Shown: positions 18,803 to 27,626 of the stretch, piece by piece
How positions within the stretch are numbered: position 1 is the stretch's first letter
How the letters are laid out: the number at the start of each line of letters is the position of its first letter
Assembly: GCA_965371155.1 (NCBI GenBank)
Contig: CBDUXL010000001.1
Coordinates: 1 to 52,096, forward strand
Length of the DNA stretch: 52,096 nucleotides
DNA from: an uncultured bacterium
GTDB taxonomy: Bacteria; JAJVIF01; JAPKYR01
Direction: 5' to 3'
Notes under the pieces: model-generated
Database searches by the model: none
What the model was told of the DNA's origin: nothing
Seen by the model: the letters and a program-made list of their open reading frames with translations, nothing else
Translations under genes and position numbers: made by a program

Positions 18803-20525
18803 CCTGGGAATGCACTTCCCAGGAATCCGAACCGCGCGCGTCAGCAAGCGGACCTGTAGCGTGGGAACCCGTGCTATCGCTATTCATGACAGAATCAGGG
18901 ACGCGGTAGTGTATTTCGATTTCGCGGTCCTCAGGGAAAAGGGTCACCCTGTCAACCCAACTCTGGACGTATTCCTTCCGCTCCTCGGGTTTGGCGTGTT
19001 TCAGGACCCGATCAAGGTCCTTGCGGACGGCCATGGCCTTGTCTGAGTCAACCTGAGGGGGTTTGTCAGGGACGGTGCGGGCCTTGACCAACTCTTCCCT
19101 TTCAACCCTCAGTTCACGTAGCTGGCTGTTTGCCCACACCACATCATCCAGGCCGTTCACAAGTAGGGTGCGGATGTGGGTGATCTTCTTGTCGATCTCT
19201 GCAATGTGCCTCTCGGCGTCAGGGTCATAGCCCGTCTGCCGCTCCCAGATACGCCTCAACTCCTCGTTGACTTTGCGTGTGAACCTGTCAGGATCAGACA
19301 GCTTACTGATGATGCCCTTGATATCCTTGATGATCTCTGACTCCAGCAAGAGCTGGGGGACGTAAACTCCTGGACCACATCCCTTGCCACCACGGTAGGG
19401 TTCACTGCCGCAAACATAGTATTTCTTATGACCTACCAGGTTCTTTCCGCATCTATCGCAGACAGAAACTCCACCTGTCAGCAGGAAGTGTGATTTCCTG
19501 CTTCGACCGCGAGGGGGGCCCGGGTAGGTCTCACGTATTCCGCGCCGCACATTCGCAATGGCGATGGCTTCCTCCTCGGTGATGATTGCGGGGTGTGCGT
19601 CCTCGACAATCTCCCACTCGGAGACCGGCTTACGCCTGGCGCTCGGACCTCGTACATTCCAGACGCCATAGCCCGCGTACTTGAGTAGGTTGAAGTCATA
19701 GAGAAGGTCCTTCCAGCTCGTTGAGTTCCAGTACTTGTCACGCCTTGATGGAATGCCCTGCTCGTTGCAGAAGTCGCGAAGCTTTGCGACAGACGCGCCC
19801 TTCATCGCATGCTCAACCAGGCAGTGCCTGACCCATTCCCATTTTGGCTTTCCCGCTACAATCGTTTCATCCTTGACCCAGATGCTCTTGATTATGGGTT
19901 TCCCACCTTTAGCTGTGCCGTAATTAACGTGCTGTATTTTGAATCCCCAGAGAGGCATGGCACCATTCTTGAAGCAGTAGCCACTCTTAGGGTCACGGGT
20001 CCTTAGATTCGCTCTACACCCTTTCTTAGTGTGGAATGCCAGGGTCCGGCTGTAAGCTTCGTTCTTAGCGAATGTGAATGCTTCTGCGAATACTCCCGCT
20101 TCTGTTTCCGGGTCGATGTCCGGGTCAGATACGGACAGCACTTTGATGTCTTCAGAGCGGAGGTCTCGGAATAAAGCCCTACCCCCCAGGCTGTCTCTGG
20201 AGAATCGGGAAAAGTCATGCACGATTATGGCGTTGATGTCAGGATCAGCCCTCGCCAACCCGACCATCTTCTCGAATTCAGGTCGTTTACCATTTCTGCT
20301 GAAAGCGCTAGCAGCTTCACTGAACTCCCGGACTATCTCGACCCCGCGACGCTCAGCGAAGGTCCGTATCTCACGAAGCTGCTGCTCGATAGAATTACCA
20401 CGCCTCTCCTGCTCCTCGGTGGAGACCCGTGCCCATGCGAAGGCCTTGACCTTCTGAGCGCAATGGTCTTCCTCACCTCCTGATGTTCCGGTCATCGTTT
20501 CCACTAGGGTTTGGATGTCAGTCAT
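18777..20525 (-). CDS. Large serine recombinase (integrase)
   Basis: The N-terminal resolvase domain has the catalytic-Ser motif (AWARVSTEEQ). It is followed by a recombinase domain, a zinc ribbon (CDRCGKNLVGHKKYYVCGS) and a coiled-coil region. Length is 582 aa. Confidence 0.9.
   Translation of the reverse strand: MTDIQTLVETMTGTSGGEEDHCAQKVKAFAWARVSTEEQERRGNSIEQQLREIRTFAERRGVEIVREFSEAASAFSRNGKRPEFEKMVGLARADPDINAIIVHDFSRFSRDSLGGRALFRDLRSEDIKVLSVSDPDIDPETEAGVFAEAFTFAKNEAYSRTLAFHTKKGCRANLRTRDPKSGYCFKNGAMPLWGFKIQHVNYGTAKGGKPIIKSIWVKDETIVAGKPKWEWVRHCLVEHAMKGASVAKLRDFCNEQGIPSRRDKYWNSTSWKDLLYDFNLLKYAGYGVWNVRGPSARRKPVSEWEIVEDAHPAIITEEEAIAIANVRRGIRETYPGPPRGRSRKSHFLLTGGVSVCDRCGKNLVGHKKYYVCGSEPYRGGKGCGPGVYVPQLLLESEIIKDIKGIISKLSDPDRFTRKVNEELRRIWERQTGYDPDAERHIAEIDKKITHIRTLLVNGLDDVVWANSQLRELRVEREELVKARTVPDKPPQVDSDKAMAVRKDLDRVLKHAKPEERKEYVQSWVDRVTLFPEDREIEIHYRVPDSVMNSDSTGSHATGPLADARGSDSWEVHSQATCYDDPV
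18803..18823. terminator. Perfect 8-bp inverted repeat at the convergent gene junction (bidirectional terminator-like, or part of the element junction)
   Basis: cctgggaa-tgcac-ttcccagg lies immediately after the 18802 stop and inside the last codons of the recombinase ORF. Confidence 0.4.
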
Positions 20526-20612
20526 TGCATTTCACCTTCACGGAGTATACCTCATAACGTCGCATTCGTAAACATGTATACTAGTATAGCCGAGATAGAC
20601 CGGCGGTTTTGT

Positions 20613-20927
20613 ACGGAAGCTCACCGGAAGCACTAGATACGCTTCCGGTACCGATTCCGGCAGCCAAAAAACCGTTTGCGCCGTCCCCAACGCAAGTAAT
20701 CATGCGAGTTACAGATATCGATGTCATACTGGAACCCGCTAAACCGGAATCGCCGGAATCGTTTTGGGAATCTTTTATACTAATTTCATTTTTCTTCAAA
20801 GTTTTTAGCATTTTGATTCCTGTGATTCCGGAAAAGTGTATAAAAGCCTTTATTAGTGCGGTTTAGCGATGCCGGAAGCTCCTCCGGAAGCTCCCCGGAA
20901 TCACATCTTGGTCTAATTTGATTCCGG
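20613..20927. promoter_or_regulatory. Iteron-like cluster of CCGGAA(G/T)C motifs flanking an AT-rich stretch; putative replication origin of the element
   Basis: There are ten perfect CCGGAA/TTCCGG hexamers (20624, 20643, 20655, 20744, 20753, 20826, 20872, 20884, 20895, 20922) plus three near copies. An AT-rich block lies at about 20761-20860. Confidence 0.5.
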
Positions 20928-22589
20928 CTGATCTTTAGGCTTGAAGCTGTACATTGTTTGCCTCTTCGCTGAGTCAAATCGCGTTGAATAGTCAAAAAGC
21001 TCCTCAAGCCTGGCTCTCTGAGTTCTCAGTTTCTGACCAAGTGAGCGACCGCTTGCGTAGGGCCACTGGACCCCAACCGTGGTAGCTTCCTGGCCTAGCT
21101 GGTTACTCAGAACACCAGCGTCTGACCATTGCCCTGGATTCTGTTGAACCCAAGGCGACAGCACCTTGAACAGAACATCTTCAGAGTCGGGTTGCACGTC
21201 GACTCTGACTAGCGGCTTCTCCCACATCGCATGTGCCGTTTCCTCGCAACCAAGAGCCCTGCCGACAATGACGGTGAACCGTGCCCAATCCTGCATCCTT
21301 GCACTTCGAACCCGAAGCGTTTTCAAGTCTATTTCGCTGAGCACACCAAGGATTCTCTGCGCCAGGGCAATTAATTCACGCCATAGCTCGATCCGGTGCT
21401 TCAGGATCTCCTCAACTGCTTCCAGAGCACCGCCAAAATCACCGAGCTCCGACTCATCTAATCTCACGGTATCAAGGACAGTCAACCGTTCGAGTACATC
21501 AGGTCGGCTAAACCAGAGTTCGCGGGTTGAAATGGCAAGCATCGACACAATCGGGAATTCACCGAACCGATTCGTCTTGTAAAGCACTCTCCTTGGTATC
21601 TTTCCCCCTGTCGCGGCAATGGCAAGCTTGTTATTGAACCATCTGATTCTTTCATCTGCGTTATCCACGCCTGCCATTACTTTTGAAGTGATTAGCGCAT
21701 CGAAGTCCTTCTCATCCTTGGAAAGGTCAAAGACATCCCAATTATCACCAAACAAGGAATTCCCGATGAACCGCATCGCAGTTGTTTTGCCACTGCCCTG
21801 CGGTCCGACAAAAACCAGTATCGGTCTACTGGGAACGATCGCACGCATTATCACTGCCATCATCCAGCAGATGACTATGAGCCTGGATTCCTTCAGGGAT
21901 AGCCTTTTCGTATCAAACGGTATGTTGTTGAGTATCAGGGTCTCTAGTCGCCTGAAACTGCCGGTGAACTCGGAGGGATCATAATCGACAAGAATGTCGT
22001 GCGGAACAGCCTCATCAGCAGATAGAAACAGGACATCATCGGTGCCGTTTTGTACTTTCTCACAGGAATCCTTCGTGACCCGTAAGGTCGAGTTGTCGGT
22101 GAGAGCAAGATCAAGGACAGGATTCTCGGGGTCTGTAAGTCTCAGGTGACTGAAACGGTAGATTTCCTTTTGATCACCATTCTCAAGTGCATGGATGTAA
22201 AGCGCCTCGACCACGTACTTGAAAACAGGTTCAGTTGCGTTGAGCCCGTACTTGACCAGGAACCTGGTAATGGGAAGCCCATCCTGCTCAAGCGCTATTA
22301 ACTGACCTGTTTCGCGGAACAGGTAGTACCCCTGGTCCCCCTGGTGGTAGAATGCACCCCTTTCTGTCATGTCAGCAATAATCGCTTTAGCTGCTTTCTG
22401 GTGTCTTTCAAATGCACTCATCTTTGTCTGTTTTCCTTCCTCAAAAGGCGAGTCTGGGTCATAACCCCGCCTGATTGTGTTTATCTTGGCTTCGACCTCA
22501 CAGAAAGCAGGCAAATTCTTCCGAGCAGGAACTGATTTCCTCTCGCCAGACTTCTTTGCTGGTCGAGCCTTGGTAGGTGCTTTCGTCAC
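20913..22589 (-). CDS. Primase-helicase-like replication protein with a C-terminal SF3 (P4/D5/VirE-like) NTPase
   Basis: Walker A is VFVGPQGSGKTT and the Walker B-like segment is VMAGVDNADE. A downstream LYKTNRFGEFPI segment is typical of P4-family NTPases. The start codon is GTG. Confidence 0.7.
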   Translation of the reverse strand: MTKAPTKARPAKKSGERKSVPARKNLPAFCEVEAKINTIRRGYDPDSPFEEGKQTKMSAFERHQKAAKAIIADMTERGAFYHQGDQGYYLFRETGQLIALEQDGLPITRFLVKYGLNATEPVFKYVVEALYIHALENGDQKEIYRFSHLRLTDPENPVLDLALTDNSTLRVTKDSCEKVQNGTDDVLFLSADEAVPHDILVDYDPSEFTGSFRRLETLILNNIPFDTKRLSLKESRLIVICWMMAVIMRAIVPSRPILVFVGPQGSGKTTAMRFIGNSLFGDNWDVFDLSKDEKDFDALITSKVMAGVDNADERIRWFNNKLAIAATGGKIPRRVLYKTNRFGEFPIVSMLAISTRELWFSRPDVLERLTVLDTVRLDESELGDFGGALEAVEEILKHRIELWRELIALAQRILGVLSEIDLKTLRVRSARMQDWARFTVIVGRALGCEETAHAMWEKPLVRVDVQPDSEDVLFKVLSPWVQQNPGQWSDAGVLSNQLGQEATTVGVQWPYASGRSLGQKLRTQRARLEELFDYSTRFDSAKRQTMYSFKPKDQPESN

Positions 22590-22843
22590 GACAAACGGTC
22601 ACCCACTTTAATCAAGTCTTCCCCAACGAGTGGATTCCTCTTCCTCGGCCTGCTCCACTCCCTGTGCTTCAGTCTGTTGTTTTTGCGTTCTTCCATGAGC
22701 TTGTCCCTTATCTTTAGTATTCATTCTCCCTCTCGCAGACTCCGGCGGATTGCATCGATTCTTGAAGCCCGAAATTGCCATTTTGCCCTTCTGTGTACCG
22801 CATGAAAAGCGGTGGTTTCAGCGCTCACTTTCTGCCATACGTC

Positions 22844-23137
22844 TCAGGGCCGCGTAGAGGCCCGATAGTCGCTCAAGTAGGGTAGAGACACCTCTATCCC
22901 GGAAACACCCCGTGAGAGGGCAATACCCTCCAGAAGCTTCGAGAAGAAACCGGTTATGCTATCTTGCACTCCGTCGGTCACGATCAGGTACTTCCCGCAC
23001 CAGGGGCACATCTGCTTGCCATTTGGCGACCAGAAGTCACCCTTGCAGTGGAGGCAGCGGGTGGGTGAAGCGACGTTGCGTTCACGTTTCACGACTTCGT
23101 CCTTCTGCTTCTTCTTACGTTGCACGGTCATTTCCAT
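22844..23137 (-). CDS. Small zinc-ribbon protein
   Basis: It has two CxxC pairs (CLHCKG ... CPWCGK) and a basic N-terminus. It lies in the element module. Confidence 0.5.
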   Translation of the reverse strand: MEMTVQRKKKQKDEVVKRERNVASPTRCLHCKGDFWSPNGKQMCPWCGKYLIVTDGVQDSITGFFSKLLEGIALSRGVSGIEVSLPYLSDYRASTRP

Positions 23138-23174
23138 CGGCTTACCTCAACTCCTAAGTGGATTATGTGCAGTC

Positions 23175-23477
23175 CTATGCTGCCGACTTGCGCTCCTTGA
23201 AGTCATAGTCCAGCACCTCTTTCAGCATGTCGTATGTCTCCTTACACGCCCGTTGGATTTCGTGGATTGACTTGACCTCGGCGAGCTTAACTGTCTCATC
23301 AAAGATGCGCTCAAACGCACCGCTGAGCTTGTCGTGGTAGGTCAGGTCGGTGTACTTGTGCCCGTCGGGGCGGACCTTGCTCTTCTTACCCTTGTCCCGA
23401 CGGGCTACGATCCAGTTCAAGCGGTCGGACTTCAGGAAGAAGTCAGTCCGTCCGATTCTTAACCAGTTTGCTGGCAT
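23175..23477 (-). CDS. Hypothetical protein (100 aa)
   Basis: The ATG at 23477 is preceded by a GAGGAGG RBS, and it is co-oriented with the element genes. I recognised no family. Confidence 0.5.
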   Translation of the reverse strand: MPANWLRIGRTDFFLKSDRLNWIVARRDKGKKSKVRPDGHKYTDLTYHDKLSGAFERIFDETVKLAEVKSIHEIQRACKETYDMLKEVLDYDFKERKSAA

Positions 23478-23478
23478 A

Positions 23479-23661
23479 TCATTCACCTCCTCTTGATTTC
23501 TGAGTGTCTCTCCCAAACCACTCCGGGTGCTCCGCTGCGATTGCACGTGCGACCAGGACCGCCAAGAGGTCCTCGGCGGCTTGCCATTCGGTCTGGGTCA
23601 TGACAATGGGGGAGTACTTGACCGTGAATTTGAACCTTGATTTCGCTTTCTTTCGTGTCAT
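23479..23661 (-). CDS. Small hypothetical protein (60 aa)
   Basis: The ORF ends one base before the next gene's start region and has a basic N-terminus. Support is positional only. Confidence 0.35.
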   Translation of the reverse strand: MTRKKAKSRFKFTVKYSPIVMTQTEWQAAEDLLAVLVARAIAAEHPEWFGRDTQKSRGGE

Positions 23662-23853
23662 ATTCTGCTACTCCCAGCCTTCGAAAGGTAAGAAAGTCCC
23701 GTGGACGGAAAATTCGCGTTTCCGTCAAGTCAATCCCGATCCCGACTCGTTCTTAGTTCAACTGATCAGCCCTGGCATCCTTTCTCCCACCAGCGCGCCA
23801 GGCCGTGCTTTGACGCTCTCCCTGCTGGGCAGTGTTCTGCAAAGCCAATCAGA

Positions 23854-26229
23854 TTAAGGATTTGCTCTTCCGATGACCTCCTGATCGTTCTGTGAAGATG
23901 GTATTCTATCGCGCATCTCTCGGATACGCGAGACTATGTCTTGTGCAACCTCCGTGATCTCAGCGGGAGCTTTCACATCCTCTCCCATGTCGAGTTTCAA
24001 CCCCACAATTAGCGGTTCCAGGATGTCAGCACTCGGCGAGTTGAAAAGAACGTTCAGTGATTCGCGACCACAACCACAGGCAGCTAACCAAACGAATGTA
24101 TCGATTATGTCGGCTACACTCTTAGCTGCGAATTCGGTGCGCTCAAGGAATATACGCATCGGCTCCAAGGCTTCTTCGCGGCACTCATCAAACCTCGTGA
24201 GCAAGATGATCATTAGACGTCTATATGGGGCAATGATCTCGGAATTAAGCTCTATCGCTCTACGATAGGCTTGCTCGGCTTCCGTAGGCTGGCCCAAGCA
24301 TTGGTCATGCAATTGACCCAATAGTTCCCAAGCAGGTAGAAACTCTTCTTCAAGCTCTATGACCTTTCGGTACGCGTCTTCGGCCTCATCAAATCGCTGG
24401 AGATGCTCGTGGCATAGAAGGCCCAACTGCAGCCACAGCCCAGGGTTCCCGGGCTCAAGCGCTATGGCCTTCTTGTAGGCGCCCTTCGCCTCCCAAAAAC
24501 GCTTCAACTGGTAGTGGAAGAGCTCACCTAGTTGCAGCCACCCTAACGAGACGTCGGGCAGCAGCTCCGTCACCTTGCGAAAAGCCTCTTCGGCTTCCGC
24601 ATGGCGCTCAGGGAATCTCCTCAGTAGCTCTCCGAGCATGCCCCATGGCTTCGCGTAGTCCGGGGCCAGCTCAATCGACTTCCTGTACGAGTCCTCAGCT
24701 TTACCGTACTTGCTGAGTTCACAGTACGCCATGCCAAGGTTCACCCGTGCCAACGGATGATCCGGGGCTTTCTTGATGGCTTCTTTGAATATCACTACGG
24801 CTTTCGCAAAATCCCCCAGCTGATACATCAAGGCGTTGCCGTACTTCACCAAGTCCTGGAAGTCTGACTCAGGGCCCGCGACAACAAGCTTGGGCAAGGT
24901 CATCTCCTCTATGATGTCAGGGAGGTCAGGAAGATCGAGGAATTCTCCAGGCGTTTCCTCAAGAAGCTTGCTACGAAGGAAGTCGCATGGTGTTTTGAGC
25001 AGTTCTTCGTAAGCGGAGAAGTGGTCCTTGCGCGATTCTGGATCCAGCTTGCAGGCTTCACCGGTGATGAGCTGGACGGTCTGCCGCTCGCCATAGGCGA
25101 TGACCATGAAATTGACCAAAGCCTTCACTCGGCTCGACGACGTCCCCCGCCTGCGCATCAGGTAGTAGATGTTGTACATGCGCTCAGTGACTTGGTACCA
25201 CTTCTTGCGCGCCCGCTCACTCACGACTTCGACCAACCCCCGATCCACAAGCTGGGCCAAGTATGAACTTGTTGTGCTCGTGTTGTATCGCGTGATGCGG
25301 GCGACCTCGCGCGCAGTTGCCGGTTCCCAGATCTCCGCCAAGGCATGGTACACCTTCCCCTCTGTGAGGCTGAGGCTGTCGAGGATGTTCTTGAAGTAGC
25401 CGGTGTGATCATCCACCAGCTGCATGAGGTCTTCCATCAACCCCTTCAGCGACTTCTCATCTCCAAACCTCGAGATGATCGCAAGAAGCCTCGGATTACC
25501 CCCCGTCAGAATCCTGATGGCTTTGACTCGGCCTTCATCAGGCTCACTGCCGGTAACAGAGGTCCATACCCTTTCACATTCCTCGTTGGTCAAGGGGCCT
25601 AGCTTGCGAATCTGGAAGAATCCGTGCAGGCTCTTTCCCGGGTCTTTGATCTCGTCGAACTCACTCGTTGCAGTGGCGAGCAGCGTGATTCCTCGCTCGG
25701 TGGCGAGCGTTCCACGAATAGTCCGTGCCCCTTCCGGTCTTATCTGCTTCTCCACTAGCCTGTTGAAATTCTCGACTACCAGAAGAAGCCGCTTGCCCTC
25801 TGATTTCACAAAGCTCAGAAGCTCTGTAAGAGCACTCTGGCCCAGCCGTTCCTCATCCAGCTCATCGATCAGTTGTTCACGGACCTGCGACAATCTTTCG
25901 TTCTTGACCTCATGGCTCAAGTGAGCCAACACTTCCAGCCAGAATTCACCCGGGGTGCCAACATGGTTGATCTCTTCTGACAGCACGAGCGGATACCATA
26001 TCTCATTCAGCTCAGGACTATGCCTAAGCTCTGCGGCCACTCTAAGCGCCAGCATAGTCTTGCCAGCACCTCTAAGGCCAACGAGCAACATGTGCCTGTC
26101 CGGATCAGTGGAGCCTCCCCTGATGCCATTCATCACCCAGTCGAAGTCGGCCTGCCTGGCAACGAAGGAGCCGATAAGTTCATCGTCCGACAGGAAAGAG
26201 GGGTTGTACTTGACTAGTTTCGTCGTCAT
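23854..26229 (-). CDS. ORC/Cdc6-like or STAND-type P-loop ATPase with a winged helix and a C-terminal TPR array
   Basis: Walker A is LVGLRGAGKTMLAL and Walker B is RLLLVVENF. The wHTH is TAREVARITRYNTSTTSSYLAQLVDRGLVEVV. About 7 TPR-like repeats follow (A...Y.KAIEL.P). I recognised no effector domain. Confidence 0.75.
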   Translation of the reverse strand: MTTKLVKYNPSFLSDDELIGSFVARQADFDWVMNGIRGGSTDPDRHMLLVGLRGAGKTMLALRVAAELRHSPELNEIWYPLVLSEEINHVGTPGEFWLEVLAHLSHEVKNERLSQVREQLIDELDEERLGQSALTELLSFVKSEGKRLLLVVENFNRLVEKQIRPEGARTIRGTLATERGITLLATATSEFDEIKDPGKSLHGFFQIRKLGPLTNEECERVWTSVTGSEPDEGRVKAIRILTGGNPRLLAIISRFGDEKSLKGLMEDLMQLVDDHTGYFKNILDSLSLTEGKVYHALAEIWEPATAREVARITRYNTSTTSSYLAQLVDRGLVEVVSERARKKWYQVTERMYNIYYLMRRRGTSSSRVKALVNFMVIAYGERQTVQLITGEACKLDPESRKDHFSAYEELLKTPCDFLRSKLLEETPGEFLDLPDLPDIIEEMTLPKLVVAGPESDFQDLVKYGNALMYQLGDFAKAVVIFKEAIKKAPDHPLARVNLGMAYCELSKYGKAEDSYRKSIELAPDYAKPWGMLGELLRRFPERHAEAEEAFRKVTELLPDVSLGWLQLGELFHYQLKRFWEAKGAYKKAIALEPGNPGLWLQLGLLCHEHLQRFDEAEDAYRKVIELEEEFLPAWELLGQLHDQCLGQPTEAEQAYRRAIELNSEIIAPYRRLMIILLTRFDECREEALEPMRIFLERTEFAAKSVADIIDTFVWLAACGCGRESLNVLFNSPSADILEPLIVGLKLDMGEDVKAPAEITEVAQDIVSRIREMRDRIPSSQNDQEVIGRANP

Positions 26230-26315
26230 CTCTCAGGATCCTTCCTCGCTGACTCTGACCGTTGCAGTTCTCTGTGTTCCAGTTCCCATCAGGTATTCAT
26301 GAACTATCGCGGCTG

Positions 26316-26398
26316 GCGGGAAATTTCCCGCAAAAGGTTCTAGGGTCAACATAGCACAAAATGGGACACTTGTCAAATTTTCGCGGGGATTTTCCCGC
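26316..26398. promoter_or_regulatory. Pair of 16-bp operator-like palindromes in the divergent intergenic region
   Basis: GCGGGAAATTTCCCGC (26316-26331) is a perfect palindrome. GCGGGGATTTTCCCGC (26383-26398) is a near copy. Their starts are 67 bp apart. Confidence 0.45.
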
Positions 26399-26553
26399 CA
26401 GGATCCGTCAGCGTTCCCGCGGATGGGCTTAGGCGTCGCCCGGATCGCTCAGTTGGGACCGGTCCATTCAGCAGATAGGCGCATCCCAGGATTTCATGTG
26501 GCCAGATCCCTTAGGTAATGGCTCCTGGAGACATGGGGCAGTACCTACCAGAC

Positions 26554-26583
26554 TTGACAAAGCTAGAGTGATTCTGTTATCAA
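26554..26583 (+). promoter_or_regulatory. Sigma70-like promoter candidate for the wHTH gene
   Basis: -35 TTGACA at 26554-26559, an 18-nt spacer ending in TG, then -10 TATCAA at 26578-26583. Confidence 0.35.
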
Positions 26584-26744
26584 TTCCTTTGCATGGGTAG
26601 GAGGCAAGGTCAAACACATCGTTAGGCATAGGCACTTCGGGGTCCCTGCGAGTCTCCATGAAGGGAATCTCTCGCAGGTGCAAACGGCCAAAGGTAAGAT
26701 CCGGTTGATTGGGCATCCGATCAGCAAACGAGGTGGACACAGTA

Positions 26745-27374
26745 ATGGATAGCAACACAGATGACATTGAGTATGCCAAGCTCGAGAAGGAAGCGAAGGA
26801 ATTACTGCAAAGGGTTTCTGAAATTGTTGATGAGCTAGAATGTGCAACATCCAGCGGCGGAAACCTTGCGGCAAAGGAAGAGCAATTAAAGGCTGTCTCA
26901 AAGTCGATTAATACCCTCGAGCGGAAGAATGTAGCAGTGCCTGATAGCCTTAGAGACATGAAAACCAGTCTCTTCTCAGAGATTAGTTTTTCTAATGAGG
27001 TTAAATCAAATCTAGCAAACATAGGCACTGTGCTTGCTTCGATTCTGCAGAGAATCGAAAAGACCCAACCGCGAAGAAAAAGGGGCACAAGAAAGCGCAG
27101 TTACAGCTCGGGCCAGCCTTCTACTCACCATTCCACATACAGACCATTGATCATAAGGGCATTGCAGGAAAAAGGTGGTCAAGCTTCAAAGCATGAAGTC
27201 ATGGAGTGGATCGAAAAGGAGCTTGAAGGCAAATTTCAGCCAGGGGATCTGGAGCTGCGGAGCCGTGGAATACCAACGTGGATTATACGCGTTCAAAATG
27301 AACGATCGTCAATGGTAAGAGATGGAATTATCAAGAAAGATACGCCACAGGGAACTTGGGAGTTAAACGAATAG
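26745..27374 (+). CDS. Coiled-coil protein with a C-terminal Mrr_N-like winged-helix domain
   Basis: The ATG at 26745 follows a GAGGTGG RBS. The C-terminus (LIIRALQEKGGQASKHEVMEWIEKEL...IPTWIIRVQNERSSMVRDGII...GTWELNE) fits the wHTH pattern found at the N-terminus of Mrr-type restriction proteins. Confidence 0.6.
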   Translation: MDSNTDDIEYAKLEKEAKELLQRVSEIVDELECATSSGGNLAAKEEQLKAVSKSINTLERKNVAVPDSLRDMKTSLFSEISFSNEVKSNLANIGTVLASILQRIEKTQPRRKRGTRKRSYSSGQPSTHHSTYRPLIIRALQEKGGQASKHEVMEWIEKELEGKFQPGDLELRSRGIPTWIIRVQNERSSMVRDGIIKKDTPQGTWELNE

Positions 27375-27416
27375 TCAAATGATCAGACACTCCGTCCCGC
27401 AGTATCTATTCGTCAC

Positions 27417-27440
27417 GCATGCTCTTCGCCGAGCATGTTT
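27417..27440 (+). terminator. Hairpin plus short T-run after the wHTH gene
   Basis: gCATGCTC-ttcgcc-GAGCATG followed by ttt. The stem uses the same CATGCTC/GAGCATG arms as the 2025-2137 array. Confidence 0.4.
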
Positions 27441-27474
27441 GTGACTCGTCAATCAGACGGCAATGGCGAGTCAC

Positions 27475-27503
27475 TTGCGCCCTGTCATGCCGGCCGCTAC
27501 AAT
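27475..27503 (+). promoter_or_regulatory. Sigma70-like promoter candidate for the seven-gene operon
   Basis: -35 TTGCGC at 27475-27480, a 17-nt spacer, then -10 TACAAT at 27498-27503. It lies about 125 nt upstream of the ATG at 27627. Confidence 0.4.
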
Positions 27504-27626
27504 ATCCATCGGAGGACCGGTCGTGCAGTGGCGTCAATCACATCTGAATTCAGCGCCCCAGTCATCTCGGACCGGGGGCCACTCGCTTCAAGAGATCTTG
27601 ACTGTTCCACCAAGAAGAATGGCGGA

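Larger units (their letters stand above)
18777..26229 (-). mobile_element. Integrative mobile element core module; the right boundary is undetermined and may include the 26.7-36.6 kb cargo
   Basis: All genes are on the minus strand: LSR, origin-like iteron region, SF3 replicase, small ORFs and a STAND-like ATPase. Composition visibly drops relative to the glycogen operon. Confidence 0.5.

Noticed and set aside
18182-18847. 221-aa minus-strand ORF
   Set aside because: It is antisense to the transglutaminase-like gene, which has a clear Cys-His-Asp core.
20581-20866. 76-aa and 85-aa ORFs in the LSR-replicase intergenic region
   Set aside because: They are translations of the iteron and AT-rich region. 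They have no RBS and are low in complexity.
26468-27088. 206-aa minus-strand ORF
   Set aside because: It is antisense to the wHTH gene and its leader. It has no RBS or motif, and the plus-strand gene has a good RBS and domain pattern.
27435-27626. 64-codon N-terminal extension of the PLD-helicase ORF
   Set aside because: The extension overlaps the predicted promoter and a stem-loop, and its composition looks non-coding. An internal ATG with an RBS-like GGCGGA lies at 27627, where family-like sequence begins.
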